From Octopus vulgaris (taxonomy: Eukaryota), in assembly GCA_951406725.2 (NCBI GenBank), contig OX597827.1, positions 46,872,001 through 46,936,000 of the forward strand: a stretch of DNA of 64,000 nucleotides, read 5' to 3'. Below the pieces are notes generated by a model. That model had not been told where the DNA came from, ran no database searches, and was given only the letters and a program-made list of their open reading frames with translations. Position numbers and translations under genes: made by a program. Shown here in pieces: positions 1-12,748 of this stretch (position 1 is the first letter of the stretch; each line of letters opens with the position of its first letter).

Positions 1-11
1 GTATTTTACAC

Positions 12-14
<3 letters not shown>

Positions 15-93
<79 letters not shown>
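15..93. repeat. (CA)n microsatellite (representative of hundreds of TA/CA/TATG/TATC tracts in the window)
   Basis: Pure CA run seen directly. Confidence 0.98.
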
Positions 94-98
<5 letters not shown>

Positions 99-340
99 TG
101 TATACATATATATATAAATATGTGAAGAAAAAACTATTTACTCATTTTGTTAAAAAAAAGACCGATTTCATTTAAACATAATATATACATATGTTTAAAA
201 TTTAACTCATTTTCAACCGTTTTCCAATTTATATCTTCCATATACATATAAGATACAAAAACACACATGCTTGTTCATACATATACATGCACACACATTT
301 GTGGCTATATATATATATATATATATATAATTGTATATAT

Positions 341-386
341 ATCGATATAAAATCGCCTATATGTATATAATCTCCCAAAATATACC

Positions 387-450
<64 letters not shown>

Positions 451-561
451 TCGATATGCAACCACCTAAATGTATATGACCTCCCATTATATATCCTAAT
501 ATATATATATATTCATCGATATGCAACCACCTAAATGTATATAACCTCCCATTATATACCC

Positions 562-566
<5 letters not shown>
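341..566. repeat. Three ~50-bp tandem units separated by variable-length (TA)n
   Basis: tcgatatgcaaccacctaaatgtatat..cctcccattatat..cct occurs at ~450 and ~516, with a diverged copy at ~342. Confidence 0.8.
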
Positions 567-601
<35 letters not shown>

Positions 602-1400
602 CTACATATATACATATATATACAAAGGGAGTACGCAGAGGCTTTTTTTATTGGCGATACTAATTCTGTTACCTTTGTTTGTTTATTGACGTTTTTATAG
701 TGTCTGATATTGAATCGTTTATCTGTTCTCCAATATCCCGTGCATACATACATACACAAACACATGCATACATACATACGTACATACACACATACGCACA
801 TACGTACATACATATCTGCATATATCTACACACACATATAATATATATGTACATATATATATATACATATATACATGTGTATATATATGTATTTATATAT
901 ATATATACACACATTTATTTATATCTATGTGCATACATATATGTACATATATAAATATATATATATATACATACAAATATATATGTATATATATATATGT
1001 GTGTATATATATAAACATGTATAATGTATAAACACACTCACACACACACATATATATACATATATATATATATGTACACACACACATATATATACGTATA
1101 TATACGCCCTTCATTTGGTTTTCTTCCTCAATAACCCATTGACTCTCTTCTGCAAATTTTGACTGGTTAGTCAACGCATCCTTTTATACCATTTCCATTG
1201 CTCTCCCATATCTGTTCCATTCACTCACCTAAGTATTTCTATTATGTTGACCAAAACAGGAAAAATGGGGTTTTATCAAGCACCCAATTTCCATTCTCCC
1301 CATGTAGGAATGTAAACCTTGAATCACATCATCTATATTTTAAGGATTTCGAAATTCCGAAGGAAGAAGACTAGTCTGATAAGTGCCATCATCTGAAGAG

Positions 1401-1480
<80 letters not shown>

Positions 1481-1484
1481 AATT

Positions 1485-1789
1485 AACCCTAGGACTTTTT
1501 GTATCGTCTCTTTTGCTGAACCGCTAAGTTACAGGGACGTAATCATACCAACATCGGTTGTCAAGTGATGGTGGTTGGACAAACACTGACGCACAAGCAT
1601 ATACATATACATACATACATACATACATACAAATATATATATGTTATATATATAAGGCTTCTTTCAGTTTCCGTCTACCAAATCCATTCACAAGGAGTTG
1701 ATAGGCCTAAGGCTCTAGTAGAAGACACTTGCCCAAGATGCCACGCAGTAGGGCTAAACCTGGAACCATGTGTTTGGGAAGCAAGCTTT
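1485..1789 (-). mobile_element. tRNA-derived SINE family A (partial, inverted relative to the 1801 copy)
   Basis: Reverse complement of the body of 1801-2242 (ctttcagtttccgtctaccaaatcca..caagg; gaagacacttgcccaagatgccacgcagt). Confidence 0.85.
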
Positions 1790-1800
1790 ATATATATATA

Positions 1801-1964
1801 GGCGCAGGAGTGGCTGTGTGGTAAGTAACTTGCTAACCAACCACATGGTTCCGGGTTCAGTCCCACTGCGTGGCATCTTGGGTAAGTGTCTTCTGCTATA
1901 GCCCCAGGCCGACTAATGCCTTGTGAGTGGATTTGGTAGACAGAAACTGAAAGAAGCCTGTCAT

Positions 1965-1998
<34 letters not shown>

Positions 1999-2000
1999 AC

Positions 2001-2034
<34 letters not shown>

Positions 2035-2242
2035 ATGTGTTTGTGTGTCTGTGTTTGTCTCCCTAGCATTGCTTGACAACCGATGCTGGTGTGTTTACGT
2101 CCCCGACACTTAGCAGTTCGGCAAAAGAGACCGATAGAATAAGTACTGGGCTTACAAAGAATAAGTCCCGGGGTCGACTTGCTCGACTAAAGGCGGTGCT
2201 CCAGCATGGCCGCAGTCAAATGACTGAAACAAGTAAAAGAAT
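1801..2242 (+). mobile_element. tRNA-derived SINE family A, full length with internal TA/TG microsatellite
   Basis: Head ggcgcaggagtggctgtgtggtaag (A box) and gggttcagtccc (B box); 3' tail tgactgaaacaagtaaaaga; multiple copies in the window. Confidence 0.9.
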
Positions 2243-2255
2243 ATATATATATATC

Positions 2256-2288
<33 letters not shown>

Positions 2289-2705
2289 ATGTATGTATGT
2301 ATGTATGTATGTATGTATTATGTATGAATGCATGTATGTATGTATGTACATACGTAGCGAAGTTCTTCACAGTACTAATCCTTGGCTTCACAAAAGCAGA
2401 AAGAGCGTGATTAATTTGAAAATCTGAGCTTCAAGCCATTAAAACTACTATGCTTACATGTGAACCGTGTCAAAATATATGATATTATGAGTGAACACAC
2501 AAACGTGTAGACATACAAATGCAAACATATAGAACGCAAAAATGTTTGCGCATGCGCTGAAGTGAAAAATATACACCTCCACATATCAAATGAGATCTAT
2601 GTATACAGTCATGCGTATATGTGTGTTCAGACATGCGTACATGCATGCGTATATGCATGCATACCTACATACCTGAATGCATGTGAGCAAGTTTAGAAAT
2701 AGGTT

Positions 2706-2910
2706 TTAAATTTTGGCACAAGGCCAGCAATTTCGGGGATCGTATAAGTACACTATCCAGACTCCAGTGCTCGACTCGAACTTATTTTATTGACTCTGGA
2801 AAGATGAAAGGCAAAGTCGACTCAGCTGGCATTTGGACTCAGAACGTAAAGACGAACGAAATGCTGCTAAGCATTTGCCCGGAGTGATAATGGTTTTGCA
2901 AGAACGCCAT
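2706..2910 (-). mobile_element. SINE family B, degraded
   Basis: gatgaaaggcaaagtcgac..atttggactcagaacgtaaagacgaacgaaatgctgctaagcatt matches the copies at 7302 and 51395. Confidence 0.75.
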
Positions 2911-2920
2911 CTTAGCACGT

Positions 2921-3299
2921 TTAGCTTGCTTACCAACCACATGATTCCGGGTTCAGTCCCACTGCGTGGCACCTTGGGCAAGTGTCTTCTAGTATAGCCT
3001 CGCCCGACCAAAGCCTTGTGAGTGGATTTGGGAGACGGAATCTGAAAGAAGCCCGTCGTATATATATATATACATATGTGTTTGTGTGTCTGTGTTTGTC
3101 CCTCCCCAACATCGCTTGACAACCGATGCTTGTGCGTTTACGTCCCCATAACCAGCGGTTCGGCAAAAGAGACCGATAGAATAAGTACTGGGCTTACAAA
3201 GAATAAGTCCTGGGGTCGATTTGCTCGACTAAAGGCGGTGCTCCAGCATGGCCGCAGTCAAATGACTGAAACAAGTAAAAGAATAAGAGAGTAAAAGAG
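2921..3299 (+). mobile_element. SINE family A, 5'-truncated
   Basis: Near-identical to 1825-2242. Confidence 0.9.
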
Positions 3300-3449
3300 T
3301 ACATACATACACAATAGAAACAAACATACATATATATATGTACTAAAATGCATGCATGTATACATATAAAAGTACATAACTGCATACATGCATACGTACG
3401 AAAATACATGCGTACGTACATACATACATAAGTATGGATATATAATACA

Positions 3450-3830
3450 CTAGCAGTATCGCCCGGCGTTGCTCAGGTTTGTAAGGGAAATAACTATAAA
3501 GTATTTTTAGAGATTTATAGCCAAAAAATAGCAAAAAATGGAAAAAAATGATGGTAAATTTTTTTGAGAGTTAAAAAAGGTGGAGTTGCGTCCCCTAGAC
3601 GGTCTGTGGTTTGGGTTTCTGATTCTCGACCCCATGTCGAATTTATCGATTTTTTTCAGAACTAGGGGAACTTTTCAAACTTTTCGCTGCGTTAGTTTTG
3701 AATTATGACATTGGGCTATGTGTGTGTCAAGTTTCATCAGAATCGGTTGAAAGCCGTGGTCAGAGTGAGGGTACGAGAAAACAGACACACAGAAAACGCA
3801 CAGACAAACTGCCGTTTATATAGAGAGAGA
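3450..3830 (-). mobile_element. Non-autonomous Helitron
   Basis: Minus strand starts 5'-TC and ends CTAG-3', inserted between A and T, with subterminal hairpin cctgagcaacgccggg. Similar termini at 33612. Confidence 0.8.
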
Positions 3831-4109
3831 TAAATGCATGTATACATTATTTGTTGTTTGTATTTTCATAATGAGAGAGACAGAGAGGAAAAGAGAGAGA
3901 AAGAAGGAGAAAGCGAGAGAAGGGAGAGACAGGCAGACATATAGGCAGACAGACAGGCAGTTAGACAAACAGAGAAGAAGTATTATTATATGTTCACCGG
4001 AAGACGACTTTGAGATCTTAGAAGAAACTAACAGAGCAATTAATCTTTCCAATGTGGAAAGACAACGAATGTTACATGACAGAAATAATTGTAATTTCTA
4101 TTATAATAG

Positions 4110-4380
4110 AAAGTTTATTAAATAATGTACACAAATACCCGGTAATGCAACCTCTTTCTAAGCCTGCTAAAAAAACTGATCAAATTATCTGTCCTGTATA
4201 AAAGCAAATTTGCTGTCTGCGAGGAACGTTATATAAAGCAAACAATATGATGGAGTAGCTCTGGGTTCTCCCTTCGGACTGACGTTTGCTGCATTTAATG
4301 TGGCCAAAACAGAAAATGAAGTGGGAACAACACATGAATACATTATGTATATACCACATATGTGGAAAGTACATTCTAAG
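4110..4380 (+). pseudogene. Degraded Penelope-like element reverse transcriptase fragment
   Basis: From 4240 the frame reads KQYDGVALGSPFGLTFAAFNVAKTENEV, matching the PLE RT motif Q-x-DGVAMGSPLGPxFANxYMxxxE; frameshifts upstream. Confidence 0.7.
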
Positions 4381-4654
4381 ATAAAAAAATCGCAAGAAAG
4401 AAATTTAAAATGAAAATGTCTTCATGTGTTTCGGGCAAAGCATGAAGATCACGACATGAAGTTTATCTTTCCTCGTGAATAGATGTAGCCTTGTGCCCCA
4501 GCAACACATCGATAATAGGAAATTTTAATGAGAAAATTATAAATATTGGTTTAAACCACTTCAATAATAAGATGGACTCTATTGATTTATTCATAATGGA
4601 TAAATGGAAATATAATGACATAAAAAATATGCCGACCGATAAATATAGTGAGCG

Positions 4655-4718
<64 letters not shown>

Positions 4719-4853
4719 TATATATATGTATATATATATGTAAGTATGTATGTATGATTGTGTGTGTGTGTATGCATTTAAGTGGAACAAAAAATGATTA
4801 AAGGACGGGAGAAAATGTAAATAAGTTTTCTGATGTCTTTTATATGCATGCAT

Positions 4854-4892
<39 letters not shown>

Positions 4893-5263
4893 CGTGTATA
4901 TGTATATCTATCTATCTATCCATCTATCTCCTCTATGGCTATGTATGTATATATGTATGAATGTATGCTACTTGCATCGCCTAATAAAATTGGAAGGAAA
5001 AATAACTTAGGAAGAAAAATGCACAAATGGACAAAAGAAGACACCTGAACAAAGAAAGAAACAAAATTAACGAAGACAAAGAAGAAAGAGGACAAGGATG
5101 AGGAGGAGGAGAAAAACGAGCGAGAAAAGAAGAGAAAGAAGACTACTTTAATGTGATTGAATAATAATGTAAAACTTGCTTCTTGCAAAACAAAGGAACT
5201 AAAATGACCTCCATTAAAACAAACAATAATATTCGTTGACAGCAACTACAAGCAACGTAGTGG

Positions 5264-5306
<43 letters not shown>

Positions 5307-5578
5307 GATACTGATACTGCTGCTGCTGCTTCTAAAACAGATCGAAGAATTTTATAGTATTAGTTATAACTTGCAACATCAATCTTATTACGGAATAAGC
5401 TTTCATACATGTAGAAAATTACCCTGCCATATACGGACGTACATACATGCATACGTGTACACATACACACACATATATATAGAGATATAATATATATCAT
5501 ATGTATGTGTATATTTATGTACTTGAGTAGGCGTGTGCGTGTGTACATGTGGAAAAATAGAACTCAAAGCATGAGTGT

Positions 5579-5623
<45 letters not shown>

Positions 5624-5883
5624 TTTATATATGTGTGTATATATGTATGTACGTATGTACATACGTAAAAAGTGTTAGTTCTTTGGAATTTATTTTATTG
5701 AGTCAAACAAAATGCAAGAAACACAAACATACTAAATGAAGATGGTCATTCGAGACTTTTGGAATTCTTGCCACGAACATTTCGTGGCATTTCGGTGATA
5801 AATAAGTAATAAAAAGGAAATTGCGCTTTATGCCGATTTATATGGAAGCTCACGCCCTCTCTCTTTCTCTTCCTCTGTATACA

Positions 5884-6380
5884 TTATAATGGCTGCTCCC
5901 TCGTTATCGAGTATGGCCATTGCACGAAGCTCAACTGTTGCTGGTGCTGTGATCGAATACGACCCTCCAGCCCAGTCAAAGATCTACAATGTATTGAACA
6001 AAATTGGCAACCAAAACCTTTACCGGCAACAGCCGGCTGCAGCTGCACACGGGCTTCATGTACCCCTGCATGTCGCCCAAGTCCTCCTGCCGAATCACAC
6101 TGTCCTCCACATGCCCGACAGATATGATTAGTATGGTGTGTCACACCATCACCAGTGGCCAGGCCGTCACTCATCTGTCTCGTTTTATGACTACGAAGAT
6201 GACTCTTGAGTCCAGCTTTACTGAGGCAGGGACTTGCGCAGACATTGCATGTCAGCATCAAAGGAAGACCCTTCCCTTCTGGAAGTGCAACTCGATGCCC
6301 CTCCCGACATCCCCCCCACCCCCATGTGCAACTCGAGATCCCCCAAAAGTGGCTGTCCCCTCATGCACAATCCCTCCCCA
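5884..6380 (-). mobile_element. RTE-clade LINE 3' fragment with three C2H2 zinc fingers, apparently A-to-G hypermutated
   Basis: [19 protein letters not shown] resembles the RTE C-terminal WRxxVxxGxxxFExxR. It is followed by CNVCASPCLSKAGLKSHLRSH, CRACGGQCDSAGGLGRHAGVH and CQFCSIHCRSLTGLEGRIRSQH. One frameshift near 6320; 5'-truncated at a microsatellite. Confidence 0.75.
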
Positions 6381-6420
6381 TACATGCATGCATACATGCA
6401 TATATATCTGTATACATATA

Positions 6421-6471
<51 letters not shown>

Positions 6472-6500
6472 ATATGCGTACATGCTTGGACTTATTCTAT

Positions 6501-6535
6501 ATTTCTGACGAAGTGCTCCGCTCGAAACGTGAAAT
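6501..6535 (+). ncRNA. Minimal hammerhead-ribozyme-like motif (Penelope type), degenerate
   Basis: attt-CTGACGA-agtgctccgctc-GAAA-cgtg-aaat; paralog of 26018. Confidence 0.55.
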
Positions 6536-6589
6536 TTTGCTTGTTCGTGTTTTATGTATTTCATATTATACACGCACATAATTTTTGCA

Positions 6590-6890
6590 CCCTTTCCAAG
6601 CCTAGCCAGGCTCATGGGCCCGGTTTCTCGGTTTCTATTGCGTAAGTGTTCCCCCCAGCTGGACGGGACGTCAGTCCATCGCAGCGTTGCTCAAGAAACA
6701 GGAAGAAAGAACGAGAGAAAGTTGGGGGCAAAAAGGTACAACAGGGGTCGCCACCACCTCCTGCCGGAGCCTCGTGGAGCTTTAGGTGTTTTCGCTCAAT
6801 AAACACTCACAACGTCCGGTCTGGGAATCGAAACCGCGATCCTCCGACCGCGAGTCCACTGCATTAACCACTGGGCCATGGCGCCTCCAT
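6590..6890 (-). mobile_element. tRNA-SINE family C variant
   Basis: Minus-strand head tggaggcgccatggcccagtggttaatgcagtggactcgcgg..ggtttcgattccc; shares head with 7967 and tail with 57879. Confidence 0.85.
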
Positions 6891-7118
6891 ATACACTCAC
6901 ATATATGAATGGTATGAAATGTGGTTTCAGAGAATCGTATGGCTAGCAGAGAAAGCTCTTCTTACGGTCTACATATTAATACAATATACAGAAGTGTAAT
7001 GTAGAGTGTCCATGCAACCGAAATCCAGTTGATCCGAAATTATTTCGTGAGGAGTGTATATATATATATATACATACCATAAAATCAGAGGTACAAAAGG
7101 GGGGAATATGTTTATCTT

Positions 7119-7535
7119 ATTTCTTTATTGCCCACAAGGGGTTAAACATAGTGGGGACAAACAAGCACAAACAAAAGGATTAAGTCGATTATATCGATCC
7201 CAGTGCGTAACTGGTACTTATTTAATCGACCCCGAAAGGATGAAAGCCAAAGTCGACCTCGGTGGAATTTTAACTCAGAACGTAACGGCAGACGAAATAC
7301 CTATTTCTTTATTACCCACAAGGGGCTAAACACAGAGAGGACAAAACAAGGACAGACAAACGGATTAAGTCGATTATATTGACCGCAGTGCGTAACTGGT
7401 ACTCAATTAATCAAACCCGAAAGGATGAAAGGAAAAGTCGACCTCGGCGAAATTTGAACTCAGAACGTAGCGGTAGACGAAATACTGCTAAGCTTTTCGC
7501 CCGGCGTGCTAACGTTTCTGCCAGCTCGCCGCCTT
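7119..7535 (-). mobile_element. SINE family B, tandem (complete copy 7302-7535 plus partial duplicate 7119-7301)
   Basis: Minus-strand head ggcggcgagctggcagaaacgttagc, B box gagttcaaatt, core gtcgac..tttcatcctttcggg; the tail segment is repeated twice. Confidence 0.9.
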
Positions 7536-7966
7536 ATACAGAGACATATGCAGGCACAAATATACACACACAGACACACGCAGACACATACAGACACACA
7601 CATACACAGGCAATAAAACAATGGTAAATTATTGATTCGGCACAAAAGCTTACTATTTTTGCTAGGGTACAAGACGAAGAGGTGTAAGTTTTATGGCAGG
7701 AACGGCAATTTTATGGATATTAATACATGCGTTGGAATGTAATTAAACTGAAATGGCTTCAGACTGGATATTAGAAGTCAAATAATGTTATCACAAATCA
7801 GTAAAGCTTCCCAAAGATTACATGTTACTTAACTGTACGAATCACGCCAAAATTATTATAACACTGTAGTTTTACCCGTAAAATGACGGCTCTGGAATTA
7901 TGCTTTGGCTACTATGGGAATTATAAAAAAAAACATGGTATACATACAATGGTAACAATTTAACTA

Positions 7967-8334
7967 TGGAGGCGCAATGGCCTAGTGGTTTAGGGCAGCG
8001 GACTCGCGGTTTCGATTCCCAAACCTGGCCTTGTGAGTATTTATTGAGTGAAAACACCTAAAGCTTCACGAGGCTCCGGCAGGGGGTGGTGGCGACCCCT
8101 ACTGTACTCCTTCACCATAACTTTCTTTCACTCTTTCTTCCTGTTTCTGTTGTACCTGTATTTCAAAGGGCCAGCCTTGTCACACTCTGTGTGACGCTGA
8201 ATCTCCCCGCGAACTACGTTAAGGATACACGTGTCTGTGGAGTGCTCAGCCACTTGCACGTTAATTTCACAAGCAGGCTGTTCCGTTCATCGGATCAACT
8301 GGAACCCTCGTCGTCGTAACCGACACAGTGCCAC
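7967..8334 (+). mobile_element. tRNA-SINE family C
   Basis: tggaggcgcaatggcctagtgg head; matches 41638 and 52284 in reverse complement. Confidence 0.9.
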
Positions 8335-8409
8335 AATTAAAACTTTTATCATATCTCTTGGTGCTTAATCGAACCCATGAATCGATTACTGATTTTCAAG
8401 AGAAAATAT

Positions 8410-8822
8410 CTTTTGTCTGTTATTCGTTTCAGGTATTAAATTAAATTGTGGTCATGCTGGGGCACCGTGTAGAAGAATTTTCTCGTCGAATGAATCGACC
8501 GCAATATTTATTTATTTACCTATTCTATCAGTCTGTTTTGCTGAACTGCTAAGTTACGGCTTTCAAGCGGTGGTGGGTCACAGACATATACACAGACACA
8601 CACACAGACATACACACACATATATGCGTATATACCTACATATATATGAGCATAAATACACGCGCGCGTACACACACACACAAATACGATTGGCATCTTT
8701 CAGTTTCCGTCTACCAAATCAAATCGCAAGGGTTTGGTGGGCCCGAGGCTATAGTGAAAGACATTTCCCGAAGGAGCCACGCAGTGTTACTGAACCCGGA
8801 ACCATGTGGTTGGGAAGCCAGC
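8410..8822 (-). mobile_element. SINE family A, degraded
   Basis: tcagtttccgtctaccaaat..gccacgcagtg..ctgaacccggaaccatgtggttgggaagc. Confidence 0.8.
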
Positions 8823-9483
8823 CTCATAGACCATAACCCCCTTATCTTAAAATGAAATTAGATAAACAAAACAATAACTTGGATATTTATTCTTAATGCT
8901 TCCCGGTATATTCGAACCTGAATATGCTAATCGCTGTTGTATATTGTCTTCTGAGAACGACTTGCTTCTTACTTGTTTAACTCCTCATATAAATACTCTT
9001 TCTTTTATCCCTTCGCTTCTTCCTTTTCCTCCTCTTTTTGGATAATTCTTTCTCGCTCGCCGTGTGTGCCTAGCATTCTTTTTACTCATTGCATTCCAAC
9101 AAGCCTAGTATGTGCACATATCTCTCACTTCTTACTTTAACTCTCATCGTATCTCTCTTTTGCACTTCCCTCTCTCACTATAAGGTGTAAAATGTGTCCG
9201 AGGAAATCAATCTATCAAGGAAGCAAGCAATTAAGCAAGCAAGCAAGCAAGCAAGCAACCAACCAACCAACCAACCAATATTGATTTATATCGGCTATTA
9301 TTATATAGACATTGTTACCGAGTTAACAGCGACAGTGTCGAAAAAATGCTTTGCATTTTTTATTTTCGACTCTTTATGTTTTGAGATCGATGAAGTAAAG
9401 TAGCACTGAGTCTATGGTATCAAGTACTCCCCTTTGCCTCAAACTTGCTAACTTTTAGCTTAAATCAGGAATCTTTGTGATTG

Positions 9484-9700
9484 CTTAGCCCCAGGGCATC
9501 CATGATACAGTAGGCTTATGATCAATGACGATCCAAACGTAACCTTCCACCTTGGTTTACAGACACAATGCATATTGCACCACAATATTCAGAGTGACGC
9601 TACTTTTGTTTCTTTAAAGACAATATGGTGCAATTTGAGGGAGATTTGGCTGCTATTTTCTAGCAAGCCGAGAGACCACCCTGTGGTTCCTATCATCGGC
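9484..9700. repeat. Old interspersed repeat family (also ~21130-21320, 22490-22555, 51790-51890, 58725-59490)
   Basis: Shared core gagggagatttggctgctattttctagc, or its reverse complement, in several diverged copies. Confidence 0.55.
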
Positions 9701-10366
9701 TAGTTAAAACTGCGTATGCGGATGAAACATACTCACGATTTTGAGAGAAGAGTATGAAAAAAAGAGTCATGTTACATTTTGAATTAGCACAGCAGGATTT
9801 GAACTCACTGTCTGCATGTTAATGACAGCAAAGGAATAGAAACTTTTTGCACTTCACATGTTTGTGATATAAATAGTCAATATATTGATCTTTTGTTGTG
9901 ACTACAGGTACGTACGTATCAGTGGGTGATCAGACCTATTGGCCTTTTCTCAGAAATTTAGTATCTATTTCCGATAACGAAGTGAATTGAGCCAATGTGG
10001 AATAACGCGTGGAATATCCAGAAATATAACAAAACGTTTATTCTCTTGATGAAATCTGTCAAAAGAAACATGTGAATAAAATAATTTCCTTTGTGCGTAG
10101 TAATACACAAGTAATTTGCCCATAGGTCACAAACTGTTATAGAAATCAATGCACTATATTCAGAAAGTGACGTCTGCTTTATTACGTTTCTTTAACATGT
10201 CTTTATAGAACTGTGAGAAAGTTTTTTCATCGGAAAACTGCTTTACTTTTCCCTTCAGTTATTATTTTTTTCATTTTCATAATATTCCGCTATATGTCTG
10301 AATGTTTATGCATTAAAAGAATATGAAGAAGAAATCAGATATTTTTCCTGTCAGTTAACATTCTTT

Positions 10367-10517
10367 GTATGTATGTATGTATGTATGTATGTATGTATGT
10401 ATGTATGTATGTATGTATGTATGTATGTATGTATGTATGTATGTATGTATGTATGCATGCATGTATGTATGTATGTATGTATGTATGTATGTATGTATGT
10501 ATGTATGTATGTATGTA
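10367..10517. repeat. (TATG)n microsatellite
   Basis: Seen directly. Confidence 0.98.
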
Positions 10518-11844
10518 TATAGAAAAATCGTAAGTTCTAACATCCTCCTAGGCATTGCACCTGAACGCATGACCAGAATATTTAACACCAAATGGTTCAG
10601 CTTATTTTGTTGTAAGTGGGTCCAATAGGGTTGTTTAATGGTTTACCGTTGTTAAATGCATTAAAAATGAATCGAAAATTTCTTATAGATGCTACGTTTC
10701 CCCACTAGACATATACACTTGACTGTTATCGGCACACATAGTTTGCTCAGTTGTAAATAAGTCCCACAGAGTAGTTTAATAGTTCACCACTGTTCGCACA
10801 TTAATAGTGAATCGTAAGTTCTCTGCACCTGTCTACATGGCCACGCAAGTGTCATTGGCTTACTGTAATTGTAATTGAGCACCATAAGGTTGTTTAACAA
10901 TTCACACGCTGTCAGCAACTGTAACAATGTACATCTGAGAAATATTATATTAGATTACAATGAATGCCGGCCTAAAACATTTTGAGAGATATTTGAACAA
11001 GGTGACAAGAACTGCATTAGCGATGTAAATCCAATTATAAACATACTCACACATTTTTTTTACAAGACACTTCTTATTATAAATACGAAGCACGTGACAT
11101 GTGCTGGCAGAATAGGTAAAGCCTCGTACAAAATTTTGCGGTGCTTGTTCTTGTTCCTTTTTTTGTTTTTACGTTCTGAATTAAAAATAAAACCTGCCAA
11201 GGTCAACTTTATTTTCCATCCCTTCGGAATCGATAAGGTACTTGTTGACTCCTAGGGTCATTGCCCCTACTGTTATCCTCGCAATTTCCATTCTTCCTAC
11301 CTATGTTTGAAAAGTTTAAAGGCGGTGTAGTAGTAAAATTGCTCGAGCATCTGGAAAATTCTTTGTGGTATTTGTTCTGTGAAATCTGTGTGTCAGCTTT
11401 GGTTTTGGATAAAATAAAGCAATAATGTAACGAGAATGTAAGTTGTAAGATCCGGAAAAAACCCTGTTAAACCAAGACACAACACTGACGATGTATGCAA
11501 GTATTATTGTAAGCGAAATTGTACGCCAAATTAGTATTTATATCACTGAAGCCAAACATGAAATTTTAAATCAATTCGAGTGATATATTAAATGTGCACA
11601 CACACACACACGCACGCACGCACGAACGCACACACACATATCTTTTATCATGTGTTAGTCATTGAACTACGGACATGAAGTGGTACCATTTTGAAGAATT
11701 TTAGTTGAACGAATGAATCCCAGTACCTACAAAGTTTTTCAAGTCTGGTATCTATTCTTTCGGTCACTTGTGCCAAACCGCTAAGTTACGTGGACGGTTG
11801 GTGGACGTAAAACGTAGACGGTTGGTGGACGTAAAAACTCCAAC

Positions 11845-12299
11845 AACTTTTCGAGCCTACGCTTTTCCACAGAAAGGAACACAGAAAGAAACAGGGAGAG
11901 AAAATAAAGAATGTGTAGGGGTTATAGAACAAACATTAAATTTGGGTCAACACCTTTACATACAATACCACCCTCAACATTTAATCATATATAAACATCC
12001 CCATGGTTTTCAAGCACATAAAAAATAATACATATACATAAAATTGCAGACGGTAAAAGCATATAATCGAATAAAATACAAATAGAACGACCTATCAAAA
12101 AGTTAAATATACACGACTAAAAATTCATAAACTACCAAAAAAAAACAACAAAAAACTAATAGACAAATATAAAATAAATAAAGATGAAATAAAATATATG
12201 TCCAATGCTACTTTATCTTCGTCTAATTTATATTTGATCACTTCTTTTGCAGTCCTATGAACCCTTTTGTTTTTGTAAAAGGAGACAAATATTTCTTGT

Positions 12300-12300
<1 letters not shown>
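11845..12300 (-). mobile_element. Penelope-like 3'/pseudo-LTR fragment with hammerhead-like motif (11845-11877)
   Basis: Minus strand ctttCTGTGGAAaagcgtaggctcGAAA with upstream tttctctccctgtttctttctgtgt, same family as 29481 and 47216. The extent of the fragment is uncertain. Confidence 0.5.
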
Positions 12301-12357
<57 letters not shown>

Positions 12358-12710
12358 CTTTGAAAAATTTGCGTAAGCCTCTGAGCAGGTATCGTCAAGC
12401 TTTTGCCAATATTTGAAATTTAAAATTTATTAACATAATACTATATTATATTATATTATTACAATTTACATACGATTGTTTCGATTCTCACCCATAATAA
12501 AAATAATAAAAATCCATGTTTGTGGGTAAGAATCTCCCTAGTGCAATTTTTTATACGTGAGGATTCCTAGATGCAAGAAAAGACACAATTATATTTGTTT
12601 ACAAGCGTGAGCGTCAATAAATGAAAACAAAAAGAACAATAAAAAAAAAACTAATATAAGGTATAACATATATATTTGTATACTATTAAATATTTTAATC
12701 TTAATAGGCA

Positions 12711-12748
<38 letters not shown>

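Noticed and set aside
1110-1400. Possible RTE RT remnant on the minus strand (KYLGE) or splice donor tag|gtgagt
   Set aside because: Only a 5-residue match with stops around it.
5884-6261. Host C2H2 zinc-finger gene
   Set aside because: No TGEKP linkers, the upstream sequence matches an RTE C-terminus, and it is frameshifted and truncated; treated as a LINE fragment.
10864-10934. Possible 71-nt minus-strand exon (tctcag|...|gtaagc)
   Set aside because: No recognisable protein and no linked exons; could occur by chance.
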